Shown: piece by piece, positions 8,633 to 16,709 of the stretch
Position numbering within the stretch: the first letter of the stretch is position 1
Layout: each line of letters opens with the position of its first letter
Assembly: GCA_964528595.1 (NCBI GenBank)
Contig: CAZGTM010000002.1
Span: 31,646-95,645 of the forward strand
Source: an uncultured Rhodospirillaceae bacterium
GTDB taxonomy: Bacteria; Pseudomonadota; Alphaproteobacteria; UBA2966
DNA length: 64,000 nucleotides
Direction: 5' to 3'
Position numbers and translations under genes: made by a program
The notes under the pieces: model-generated
What the model was told of the DNA's origin: nothing
Databases searched by the model: none
The model's input: the letters and a program-made list of their open reading frames with translations, nothing else

Positions 8633-9940
8633 CTACAGCAAAATGCTCAGCGGGTCTTCAATGAAGCCCTTGAATGCGGCGAGGTATTCCGCACCCAGAG
8701 CGCCGTCGACGACGCGGTGATCGCAGCTCAGCGTGCAGGTCATAACCGTGGCGACGGCCAGCGCGCCGTCCTTGACGACGGGGCGCTGCTGGCCCGCGCC
8801 GACCGCCATGATGCAGGCCTGCGGCGGATTGATGATAGCCGAAAACTCGCGAATGCCGAACATGCCGAGGTTGGAGACGGAAAAGCCGCCGCCCTGGTAT
8901 TCCTCGGGCATCAATTTGCCCTCGCGGGCCCGTCCCGCCAGTTCCTTGATCTCGGCGGAAATTGCCGCAAGACCCTTGAGATCGGCGTTCCTGACAATGG
9001 GCGTGATCAGGCCGCCGTCCAGGGCCACGGCGACGGAAACGTCGACGGTGCTGTATTGCAGGATGGCGGCTTCCGTCCAACTGGCGTTGACGGCGGGCAC
9101 GGCCTTGAGCGCCAGGGCATTGGCGCGGATTACGAAGTCGTTGACCGACACCTTGCCACTGCCTTCGCGTCGTTCGTTGATTTCCTTGCGCAGGGCCAGC
9201 AGGCGGTCGAGTTCGCAATCGATGGTCAGGTAGATGTGCGGGATCGACTGTTTGGCTTCGACCAAACGCCGGGCGATGGTCTTGCGCATGCTGTTGTTGG
9301 GCATTTCGGTGTAGGAGCCGCTCACCGGCATCGCCATGGCGGGCGGCGTGGGCACAGCGGGTGCGGTCTGCGCTGCCGGGGCAACGCCTGCTCCGCTGGC
9401 TTGGGCATTGAGGATGTCGGCCTTGACGATACGCCCGCGCGGACCCGAGCCCGACAACTGACCGAGATCGATGCCGGCATCCGCCGCCATGCGTTTAGCC
9501 AGCGGACTGGCGAGGATACGTGTGCCCGCCGGTGTAGGACCGGGGGCCGCCGGTGCAGGTGCGGGGGCCGCCGGCGCCGGGGTGGGCGCGGAAGCGGCGG
9601 GCGGTACGGCTGGCGGCGGCGCCGGTTCTTCGGCTGGGGCGGGCTCTGGGGCAGCCACCGTTTCGGGCGTAAACCCTTCCAGCGCGGCGGCGTCCTCGCC
9701 GTCCTCCAGCACCAGCGCGATGGGTGCGTTCACTTGAACATTGTCGGTTTCGCCGGGCACCAGGATGCGCGCCAGGATGCCGTCGTCAATGGCCTCGAGC
9801 TCCATCGTGGCCTTGTCCGTTTCGATCTCGGCCAGCACGTCACCGGCGATCACTTCGTCGCCCTCGTTCTTGAGCCAGCGGGCCAGGCGGCCCTCCGTCA
9901 TGGTTGGCGACAGCGCCGGCATCGTAATGGTAATCGGCAT
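8633..9940 (-). CDS. pdhC: Pyruvate dehydrogenase complex dihydrolipoamide acetyltransferase (E2)
   Basis: The lipoyl domain reads [11 protein letters not shown]...IETDKA. An Ala/Pro-rich linker follows, then a peripheral-subunit-binding domain, then the catalytic domain with DHRVVDG. I placed the start at MPITITMPAL and trimmed the track extension. Confidence 0.9.
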   Translation of the reverse strand: MPITITMPALSPTMTEGRLARWLKNEGDEVIAGDVLAEIETDKATMELEAIDDGILARILVPGETDNVQVNAPIALVLEDGEDAAALEGFTPETVAAPEPAPAEEPAPPPAVPPAASAPTPAPAAPAPAPAAPGPTPAGTRILASPLAKRMAADAGIDLGQLSGSGPRGRIVKADILNAQASGAGVAPAAQTAPAVPTPPAMAMPVSGSYTEMPNNSMRKTIARRLVEAKQSIPHIYLTIDCELDRLLALRKEINERREGSGKVSVNDFVIRANALALKAVPAVNASWTEAAILQYSTVDVSVAVALDGGLITPIVRNADLKGLAAISAEIKELAGRAREGKLMPEEYQGGGFSVSNLGMFGIREFSAIINPPQACIMAVGAGQQRPVVKDGALAVATVMTCTLSCDHRVVDGALGAEYLAAFKGFIEDPLSILL

Positions 9941-9951
9941 GGTGGGATCCC

Positions 9952-11331
9952 CTAACGGTAACAAACGGCTTTGGCGGCGGCGGCCACGTCATCCACCGTC
10001 GGCAGCGCCAACTTTTCGAGATTGGCGGCGTATGGCATGGGCACGTCCTTGCCGGTTACCCTCATGACCGGCGCATCGAGGTCGTCAAACGACTGCTCCA
10101 TCATGACGGCAGCGATTTCGGCGCCGATACCGCTCTGCGGCCAGCCCTCCTCCACTGCTACCAGACGGTTTGTCTTGGCGACGCTGGCGGCGATGGTTGC
10201 GGTATCAAGCGGGCGTAAGGTGCGCAGGTTGATAACCTCGGCGTCGATGCCTTCGGCGGCCAAGGCTTCCGCTGCCTGCAGGGCGTAATCCATGGCGATG
10301 GAGAAGCCCGCAATGGTCACGTCGCTGCCCTCCCGCATCACCTGCGCCTTGCCGATCGGAATGGTGAAGTCGTCCAGCACGGGTACTTCGAACGAGCGGC
10401 CGTAGAGGATTTCGTTTTCCAGGAAGATCACCGGATTGGGATCCCGGATAGCCGATTTCAACAAGCCCTTGGCATCCGCCGCCGAATAGGGCGAAACAAC
10501 TTTCAGCCCGGGACAATGGGCGTACCAGCTGGCGTAGCATTGGGAGTGTTGCGCGGCCACACGGGAGGCCGCGCCGTTGGCGCCCCGGAAAACGATGGGA
10601 TTGGGCATCTGACCGCCCGACATGTAAAGCGTCTTGGAGGCCGAGTTGATGATGTGGTCGATCGCCTGCATGGCAAAGTTGAAGGTCATGAACTCGACGA
10701 TGGGCTTGAGGCCGGAATAAGCGGCGCCGACGGCCACGCCGGCAAAGCCGTGTTCGGTAATCGGCGTATCGATCACCCGTCGCGCGCCGAATTCGTCCAG
10801 CAGCCCTTGGCTCACTTTGTAGGCGCCCTGGTACTGAGCGACTTCCTCACCCATCAGGAAGACATCGCCGTCGCGGCGCATCTCCTCCGCCATGGCGTCG
10901 CGCAGCGCCTCGCGCACGGACATGGAGACCATTTCGGTACCGGCGGGAACATCTTCTTCCTGCACGGCGGCGGCAACAGGCGCCGCAGGGGCTGCTGGCG
11001 CCGGTTCCGCAACGGCAGCCGGCGCAGCCTCGGCGGGCGCTGCGGTCGTTGCAGGCGCTTCGGCCGCTTCGATAGCGGAGGCGTCCTCGCCGTCTTCGAG
11101 GATGACGGCGATGGGCGTGTTGACGGCGACCCCCTCGGTGCCGCCCGCAATTAAAATGCGGCCGAGAATTCCTTCATCGACCGCTTCCAGTTCCATCGTC
11201 GCTTTATCGGTTTCGATCTCGGCAATAATATCGCCCGACACGACCGCGTCGCCCTCTTCCTTAAGCCAGCGGGCGACGGTTCCTTCGGTCATGGTCGGCG
11301 ACAGCGCCGGCATCAGAATTTGTACGGTCAT
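9952..11331 (-). CDS. pdhB: Pyruvate dehydrogenase E1 component beta subunit with an N-terminal lipoyl domain
   Basis: The protein opens with [17 protein letters not shown]...IETDKA, which is a lipoyl domain. An AP-rich linker follows, then the transketolase-like beta-subunit core. This architecture is typical of alphaproteobacterial PdhB. Confidence 0.95.
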   Translation of the reverse strand: MTVQILMPALSPTMTEGTVARWLKEEGDAVVSGDIIAEIETDKATMELEAVDEGILGRILIAGGTEGVAVNTPIAVILEDGEDASAIEAAEAPATTAAPAEAAPAAVAEPAPAAPAAPVAAAVQEEDVPAGTEMVSMSVREALRDAMAEEMRRDGDVFLMGEEVAQYQGAYKVSQGLLDEFGARRVIDTPITEHGFAGVAVGAAYSGLKPIVEFMTFNFAMQAIDHIINSASKTLYMSGGQMPNPIVFRGANGAASRVAAQHSQCYASWYAHCPGLKVVSPYSAADAKGLLKSAIRDPNPVIFLENEILYGRSFEVPVLDDFTIPIGKAQVMREGSDVTIAGFSIAMDYALQAAEALAAEGIDAEVINLRTLRPLDTATIAASVAKTNRLVAVEEGWPQSGIGAEIAAVMMEQSFDDLDAPVMRVTGKDVPMPYAANLEKLALPTVDDVAAAAKAVCYR

Positions 11332-11340
11332 GTCGGGCCC

Positions 11341-12414
11341 TCAGACTTCTACCAATACGTCGGTGTAGAGTTCGGCGGCGTCAGGTTCGGGACTTTGCTG
11401 AGCAAATTCCGCCGCTTCCGTCACGACGCCTTTCACTTCCTTGTCGATCGCCTTCAACTGGGCCTCGTCCGCCGCCCCCGCCGAGACCAGCAAATCGCGC
11501 ACGTGGTCGATGGGATCGCGCTCCTGGCGGACCTTCTGCACTTCTTCCTTGGTGCGGTACTTGGCAGGATCGGACATCGAGTGGCCGCGATATCGATACG
11601 TCATCATCTCCAGAATGATCGGCCCCTTGCCGGACCGGCAGTGGGCAATGGCCTTTTCGCCGGCCGCCTTGACCGCCATCACGTCCATGCCGTCCACCTG
11701 AACGCCGGAAATGCCGAAACTTTCACCGCGCAAATGCAGGTCGGGCTGTGCGGAAGCCCGCCCCAGGGCGGTGCCCATGGCGTATTGGTTGTTTTCGATC
11801 ACGAAGATGACCGGCAGCGACCAGAGTTCGGCCATGTTGAAGCTTTCGTAGACCTGGCCCTGATTGGCCGCGCCGTCGCCGAAGAACGTCATGACGACGT
11901 TGTCCGTGCCTCGGTAGGCCTCGGCGAACGCCAGACCGGTACCGATCGGCACATTGGCGCCGACGATGCCGTGTCCGCCATAGAAGTTGGCTTCCTTGGA
12001 GAACATGTGCATGGAGCCGCCCTTGCCTTTGGAATAGCCGCCCCGGCGCCCCGTCAATTCCGCCATGACGCCGCCCGGATCCATGCCCGTGGCCAGCATG
12101 TGGCCATGGTCGCGATAGGTGGTGATAACCGAATCGTCTTTGGACGCCGCTGCCATCAGGCCGACGACGACCGCTTCCTGGCCGATATAGAGATGGCAGA
12201 AACCGCCGATCAGGCCCATGCCGTAAAGCTGCCCCGCCTTTTCCTCGAAGCGGCGGATCAACAACATGTCGCGGTAATGCTGCAGCAGCTCGGCGCTATC
12301 CAGCTTGGGCTGCTTGCGGCTGCGCGAGGCGGATTTCGGCGGACGTCCGGCCTTTGATTTGGCGTTTGCAGCGGACTTTGCGGCGCTTTTACCCTTGCGG
12401 GGCGCGTTGGCCAT
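11341..12414 (-). CDS. pdhA: Pyruvate dehydrogenase E1 component alpha subunit
   Basis: The TPP-binding GDGA...N motif region and YRYRGHSMSDP are present. I placed the start at MANAPRK, which has a GGAGGT Shine-Dalgarno sequence 6 nt upstream. The track start at 12504 is an unsupported extension. Confidence 0.9.
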   Translation of the reverse strand: MANAPRKGKSAAKSAANAKSKAGRPPKSASRSRKQPKLDSAELLQHYRDMLLIRRFEEKAGQLYGMGLIGGFCHLYIGQEAVVVGLMAAASKDDSVITTYRDHGHMLATGMDPGGVMAELTGRRGGYSKGKGGSMHMFSKEANFYGGHGIVGANVPIGTGLAFAEAYRGTDNVVMTFFGDGAANQGQVYESFNMAELWSLPVIFVIENNQYAMGTALGRASAQPDLHLRGESFGISGVQVDGMDVMAVKAAGEKAIAHCRSGKGPIILEMMTYRYRGHSMSDPAKYRTKEEVQKVRQERDPIDHVRDLLVSAGAADEAQLKAIDKEVKGVVTEAAEFAQQSPEPDAAELYTDVLVEV

Positions 12415-12589
12415 CAGGGTACCTCCCGAATCGAACAACTTCATGCCGCCCCATTCGGGTTGCGACGCAGGAATGGTACTTCGAAAAGGCGGCGCCAGAT
12501 ACAAAAAAGGGCAAGTTTTTGTTGCTTATAACACTCTATTTTATAACAATAATTTCGATATTAATTCAAATTCAGTTAATTAAATATTT

Positions 12590-12602
12590 TCGTTGTCAAC
12601 GA
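12590..12602. promoter_or_regulatory. 13-bp palindrome inside the AT-rich region upstream of pdhA
   Basis: TCGTTG-t-CAACGA lies within an AT-rich tract of about 170 nt (12520-12690). The tract also holds the direct repeat TTATAACA twice. Confidence 0.4.
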
Positions 12603-12815
12603 TTAATCAGGCGGTTATCGGAGTTTCCTGCTGCCTGACGCCGATCTATCAGCGACGACGAGCAACCAGAATTTGGATTACAGTTTAATTGCGGCTGATT
12701 TACCGCTACCATTTCCGCCAACGATTGTTTGCAATCTCCACGCGGAATTGGCGGTCAGGCCAGACGGCCCGGAGCAATTCCATAACAAGAACTCAACAAA
12801 AAAAGCAGGGGGCAT

Positions 12816-13978
12816 ATGATGTCGACCAATTGGAATTTGAAACAGGGATTTGCCGCTTTCGCGCTGACGGCACTTCTGATCGTTGCCGGTACGGCTCAGA
12901 GCTGGGCGCAATCGGCCAACGTCACCTTCCTCCATGTTAACGACGTATACGAGATTTCACCGAAACGGGGAATCGGCGGGCTGGCGGAATTGATGACCTT
13001 GCTCAAGGCCGAACGCGCCAAGGCGGAACACAGCGTCACGACGCTGGGCGGCGACCTCATTTCGTCGTGGCCATCACTCACCTCGACCTTTCCGCTGACA
13101 GGAGTTTGGCCAGATCGGTTAGGGGGCTCGACATTATTCTGGGCGGCCATGACCACGACCCCATCATGATCTATGAGGCCAAGACGCTGATCTTGAAGGC
13201 CGGCTACGACGCCCATTACCTGGCGGTCGCGGACGTGGCGCTGTCAGCCAAGGAGAGGCGCGGCAAGATGCGCTACTCCATTCGCCCGCAATGGCGTCTG
13301 CTCACCACGGCGGGTGTCAAACCGGATCCGGAGGTCGCCGCCATTGTCGCCGGCTTCAACAAAGAACTCGACGCCAGTCTGAATGTCGCCGTCGGCAAGT
13401 CCTCGGTTGAGCTCGACAGCCGCCGCGCCATGGTGCGCAGCCGCGAGACGACCATGGGCAACCTGATTGCTGACGCTATCCGCGACGGCGTGGCCGCCGA
13501 TATCGGCTACGCCAACGGCGGCGGCATCCGGGGCGATCGCACCTACGACGCCGGCGCCACCCTCACCCGCAAGGACATCCTGACGGAACTGCCGTTCGGC
13601 AACGTCACGGTGCTGCTGGAACTGACGGGCCAGCAACTGATGGCGGTTCTGGAGAACGGCGTCAGCCGCGTCGAGGATACCGCCGGGCGCTTTCCGCAAG
13701 TGTCGGGCATGAGCTTCGCCTTCGACATGAAGCAGAAAGCCGGCAGCCGCGTCAGCAACGTCATGGTCGGCGGCAAACCGCTCGACATGGGGGCATCCTA
13801 CAAGCTTGCCACAAACAATTACATCGCGGGCGGCGGTGACGGTTATTCCTCGCTGAGAAAAGGAAAAGTGCTCATTAATGCCTCTGGTGGCACACTGATG
13901 GCCACCATGGTCATGGACTACATCGCCAAGCACGGCACGGTCGCGCCGAAGCTCGGCGGCCGCATTATGGCCAAGTAG
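12816..13978 (+). pseudogene. Frameshifted and internally deleted 5'-nucleotidase / metallophosphatase-like gene of the UshA family
   Basis: The gene is split across two frames, 12816..13169 and 13067..13978. The N-terminal part has a signal peptide, NVTFLHVNDVYE (the His of the N-D-x-H motif is replaced) and GGDLIS. The frame then shifts directly to GLDIILGGHDH and a complete 5'-NT C-terminal substrate-binding domain. The GNHE(F)D segment and roughly 100 to 140 aa between them are missing. Confidence 0.5.
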
Positions 13979-13993
13979 CCGCTTCAACGGTAT

Positions 13994-14036
13994 GCGGGCG
14001 GTGATGATCGTGCGTCATCACCGCCCGCTCCTTTTG
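13994..14036 (+). terminator. Rho-independent-like hairpin downstream of the 5'-nucleotidase-like gene
   Basis: The stem is perfect over 14 bp, GCGGGCGGTGATGA / TCATCACCGCCCGC, with a 7-nt loop. TCCTTTTGG follows it. Confidence 0.6.
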
Positions 14037-14049
14037 GGGGTTATCGGTT

Positions 14050-14568
14050 TTGGATATCGATAAGCTTGCCGAACAGGACGAGTTCGATCTGATCGTCGGT
14101 TTTTTCGACCTCAATCTTTACGCAAAATGGGCCGACGGCCGCCCCGCCAGGGAAGCTCTTGAATTGGCCGAGGCGCTGTTCGAGCGGACGGGAGAACAAA
14201 TTTCCGCCGCCGGGGGCAGGCTGGTCAAGGCCATCGGGGACGCGGGGCTGTTTATTTTCCCGGGCGAGCAACCCGACGAAACCGTCGCCGCCCTGCAGCA
14301 AATGAAGCGTGACTGCGACGAATGGCTAGCCCAACGCGCTTACCCGGGAGCCATGACCGTGGCGGCTCAGTACGGACCGGTCGCCTGCGGTTTCGTCGGC
14401 CCGCCCGGTGACCGGAGATTTGACGTTTACGGGGCGACAGTGAACCAAGCCGCCCTGATGCAGGGGCATGAATTCGCTCTGGGTGAAGGCCTTGCAAATA
14501 TATTGAGTGCTGAAAATCGGGTGGCGTTGAGAGAACTTGAGGATGGATCGTTTGTCTCCGCTGATTAG
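14050..14568 (+). CDS. Small stand-alone class-III nucleotidyl cyclase homology (CHD) domain protein of 172 aa
   Basis: CHD-like motifs are FFDLNLY (metal-binding Asp), LVKAIGDAGLFIF (GD), GPVACGFVGPPGDRRFDVYGATVNQAALMQ and G..VN.A. The canonical transition-state Arg after VN.A is absent. The gene uses a TTG start. Confidence 0.55.
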   Translation: MDIDKLAEQDEFDLIVGFFDLNLYAKWADGRPAREALELAEALFERTGEQISAAGGRLVKAIGDAGLFIFPGEQPDETVAALQQMKRDCDEWLAQRAYPGAMTVAAQYGPVACGFVGPPGDRRFDVYGATVNQAALMQGHEFALGEGLANILSAENRVALRELEDGSFVSAD

Positions 14569-14570
14569 AT

Positions 14571-15254
14571 CTATTGCCGAATAACCACTGTCTGTAAGCC
14601 GATGATTTCCGACAAATCCTGAAGTCTGCTGACATTGCTCTCGCGCAGCGCCGTATCGGCGGCATAGAGCATATATCCCTCCCCGCTCATCAGATCCTGG
14701 TCGAGTACGGCGCCCGGCTGCAGTTCGTAAACCGGTACCTCGACGGCCTTGGCCGAGGGCGCCGGTTTTTCGGCCGGTTGATCCACCGGCGACGGCGGCA
14801 TATTGACCACCGGGACGGTGACCGCGCCATAGGCGTCCGTCGATTTCATTGACCGAGGCGATGAAACAACCCGCGTGATGCGCTCCTCGATGACGTCCGG
14901 TCCGTCGTCTTTTTTCACGAAGGCGTCGCAATCAAGCGCCAAAGCCGCCCCCATTAAAGATTCGTCGCTGGATCCGGTGAGGACGACAACCGGTAAATCG
15001 CTCGCCGCATCCGTCATGCCGATGCGCAGCATCTTGAGAAATTTGAGCCCGTTCATGGGCTCCATCATGATGTCGAGCACCACCAGATCGGGCTTGAACG
15101 ACGCCAGCGCCGACACGGCCTGGGCGCCGTCGGCGGCCTCTCCGACCTCCTGAAATCCGATTTGCTTGAGGATGCGGATAATCAATCCGCGGTAAAATTC
15201 CTCATCGTCAACGACGAGTACGCGGATTTCGGCCAAGTCCAATTTATCTGCCAT
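14571..15254 (-). CDS. Response regulator with a CheY-like receiver domain and an uncharacterised C-terminal extension of about 100 aa
   Basis: The receiver domain reads VLVVDDEEFYRG...DLVVLDIMMEPMNG...VVVLTGSSD, containing the phospho-acceptor Asp pocket. I recognise no HTH, GGDEF, EAL or other known output domain in the C-terminal part (PVYELQPGAVLDQDLMSGEGYMLYAADTALRE...). Confidence 0.8.
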   Translation of the reverse strand: MADKLDLAEIRVLVVDDEEFYRGLIIRILKQIGFQEVGEAADGAQAVSALASFKPDLVVLDIMMEPMNGLKFLKMLRIGMTDAASDLPVVVLTGSSDESLMGAALALDCDAFVKKDDGPDVIEERITRVVSSPRSMKSTDAYGAVTVPVVNMPPSPVDQPAEKPAPSAKAVEVPVYELQPGAVLDQDLMSGEGYMLYAADTALRESNVSRLQDLSEIIGLQTVVIRQ

Positions 15255-15338
15255 CAGCTGCCCGTGCCCCCTCGGCTGAGTGTACTACAAATCTAGTGCT
15301 CTCGCCCTTCTCCGTCCAACGGCTTGCCTACCCATTGC

Positions 15339-15647
15339 TTATTCGCCCGGTTGAGGTCCGTCGTACCCCTCGACGATCACGAGATCGCCTTGCGACACAT
15401 GCTCCCTGAGTTTGATGGCGGTTTGATACTCAGGTGATTCGTAGCAATCGAGGGCGGCCTCGTAACTGGGGAATTCGAGCACCACGTCCTTGGCCCGCAC
15501 CGCGCCTTCCTTGCCGGCGAACTCGCCACCGCGAACCAGAAACCTGGCGCCGAATTTGGCAAACGGTTCGGCATTGGCGGCGATGTACTTCGCGTATTGC
15601 TCGGGATCGTCGATGTCGATGTGTGCGATCCAGTATCCCTTGGCCAT
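15339..15647 (-). CDS. DUF1330 family protein
   Basis: The start MAKGYWIAHIDIDDPEQYAKY is the typical DUF1330 N-terminus. A length of about 100 aa also matches the family. Confidence 0.8.
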   Translation of the reverse strand: MAKGYWIAHIDIDDPEQYAKYIAANAEPFAKFGARFLVRGGEFAGKEGAVRAKDVVLEFPSYEAALDCYESPEYQTAIKLREHVSQGDLVIVEGYDGPQPGE

Positions 15648-15782
15648 ATCCTCGTTCTCCCGTGATGACGTTCGGAATGATCTTAGGCAATCGAAGCGGG
15701 TCCGCCAACATACTCGTGAGGCGGTTCGCCGCGGATACGGGTGTGGGACAGGTTTGATCGCGAAATCGAAGAACCGATTCGC

Positions 15783-16094
15783 TTAACGGCCCAGGATGAC
15801 CACTTCGTCCTTGTGAACAAGCCCGAGCACGTCGCGGGCACGTTCTTCCAGCATGTCGCGTGAAAGGCCGTCGCCGCGCAGCAAAGCGACCCGGCGTTCA
15901 AGGCGGCTCAATTCCGCCTGGTTGACCATTAACTGGGCTTCCGCCCGCATGATCTCCTGATCCAGCTGCAGCCACGCCGACAGACCGCGCTCGCCCTGCA
16001 CGGCGTGATAGCCGAAGTAGGTCAGGACGCCGGCGCAAAGCAGCGGAACGATGGCGAAACGGGCGCGGCGGCGAAGTTGAAGACCTAAGCTCAT
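15783..16094 (-). CDS. ftsB: Septum formation initiator / cell division protein FtsB
   Basis: The protein has a single N-terminal transmembrane segment, a coiled coil (LQLDQEIMRAEAQLMVNQAELSRLERRVALL) and DVLGLVHKDEVV. It is positioned between eno and pdhA as is common in alphaproteobacteria. Confidence 0.8.
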   Translation of the reverse strand: MSLGLQLRRRARFAIVPLLCAGVLTYFGYHAVQGERGLSAWLQLDQEIMRAEAQLMVNQAELSRLERRVALLRGDGLSRDMLEERARDVLGLVHKDEVVILGR

Positions 16095-16103
16095 GCCTTA
16101 AGC

Positions 16104-16119
16104 GAATCACATGTGATTC
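16104..16119. promoter_or_regulatory. Perfect 16-bp palindrome in the ftsB upstream region
   Basis: GAATCACATGTGATTC lies 10 nt upstream of the ftsB start codon. Confidence 0.5.
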
Positions 16120-16143
16120 CACACGGTCAACAAAAAAATGCTT

Positions 16144-16159
16144 TAGAGTCTGGACTCTA
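16144..16159. promoter_or_regulatory. Second perfect 16-bp palindrome in the ftsB / membrane-protein divergent region
   Basis: The sequence is TAGAGTC-TG-GACTCTA. Confidence 0.5.
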
Positions 16160-16307
16160 GGGCAAAGTGTTGCCGTTTTGACTCACTTTACTGCGCGATT
16201 CCCGCGACACCGGTTTTGGCGAACGGTTTTGCACTGTGTTACGATGAGAACGGTTATCATCCATTGCGCATCTTGTGAGACCGCGACTAAGCGTTCCGGA
16301 GGTCATC

Positions 16308-16667
16308 ATGGTAACAACGTTTGAACCCGGCAGTTTTCTCGACCAGGTCCGCGACTACGTCATGACGTTCCTCGGCATCATCATGGCGCTGACGCCGCCC
16401 GCATTGTGGTTCGGCTGGCGCCAGGATCTCTTCTGGATCGTCATCTCCGCCAGCGTCGGCTCGGCGGTGCTCTACTACATTCTGGCCCATTTCGAACCGC
16501 CGCCGCCCAAGCGCTGGGGCGGGCCGCGCCAAATCAAGAAGGTCGAGCTCTCGGACGAATTTCTCGCCGTCCTGACGGATTCCGCGCCCTGGACCTACCA
16601 CCACGGTGTGCGCGGCAACCGGTCGTTCCGCGGCAAGATGGAGCGTCTTCGGCAATTGATGAAATAG
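16308..16667 (+). CDS. Hypothetical small membrane protein with two predicted transmembrane helices
   Basis: A GGAGG Shine-Dalgarno sequence lies 4 nt before the ATG (MVTTFEP). The hydrophobic segments are FLGIIMALTPPALWFGW and WIVISASVGSAVLYYIL. The track's upstream extension has no Shine-Dalgarno support. Confidence 0.5.
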   Translation: MVTTFEPGSFLDQVRDYVMTFLGIIMALTPPALWFGWRQDLFWIVISASVGSAVLYYILAHFEPPPPKRWGGPRQIKKVELSDEFLAVLTDSAPWTYHHGVRGNRSFRGKMERLRQLMK

Positions 16668-16709
16668 CTCCGCCTTGACTTAAGCCCTCAAGTCTCCTGA
16701 ACTCGGCGG

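Noticed and set aside
8609-9955. 448-aa ORF antisense to the E2 gene
   Set aside because: It is an antisense artefact overlapping pdhC and has no recognisable motifs.
12354-12638. 94-aa ORF running from the pdhA 5' end into the AT-rich tract
   Set aside because: It overlaps the pdhA start and its C-terminal half is a translation of AT-rich non-coding DNA (Ile/Leu/Phe-rich).
13244-13987. 247-aa ORF antisense to the 5'-nucleotidase-like gene
   Set aside because: The sense strand carries clear 5'-nucleotidase C-terminal domain homology and the antisense frame has none.
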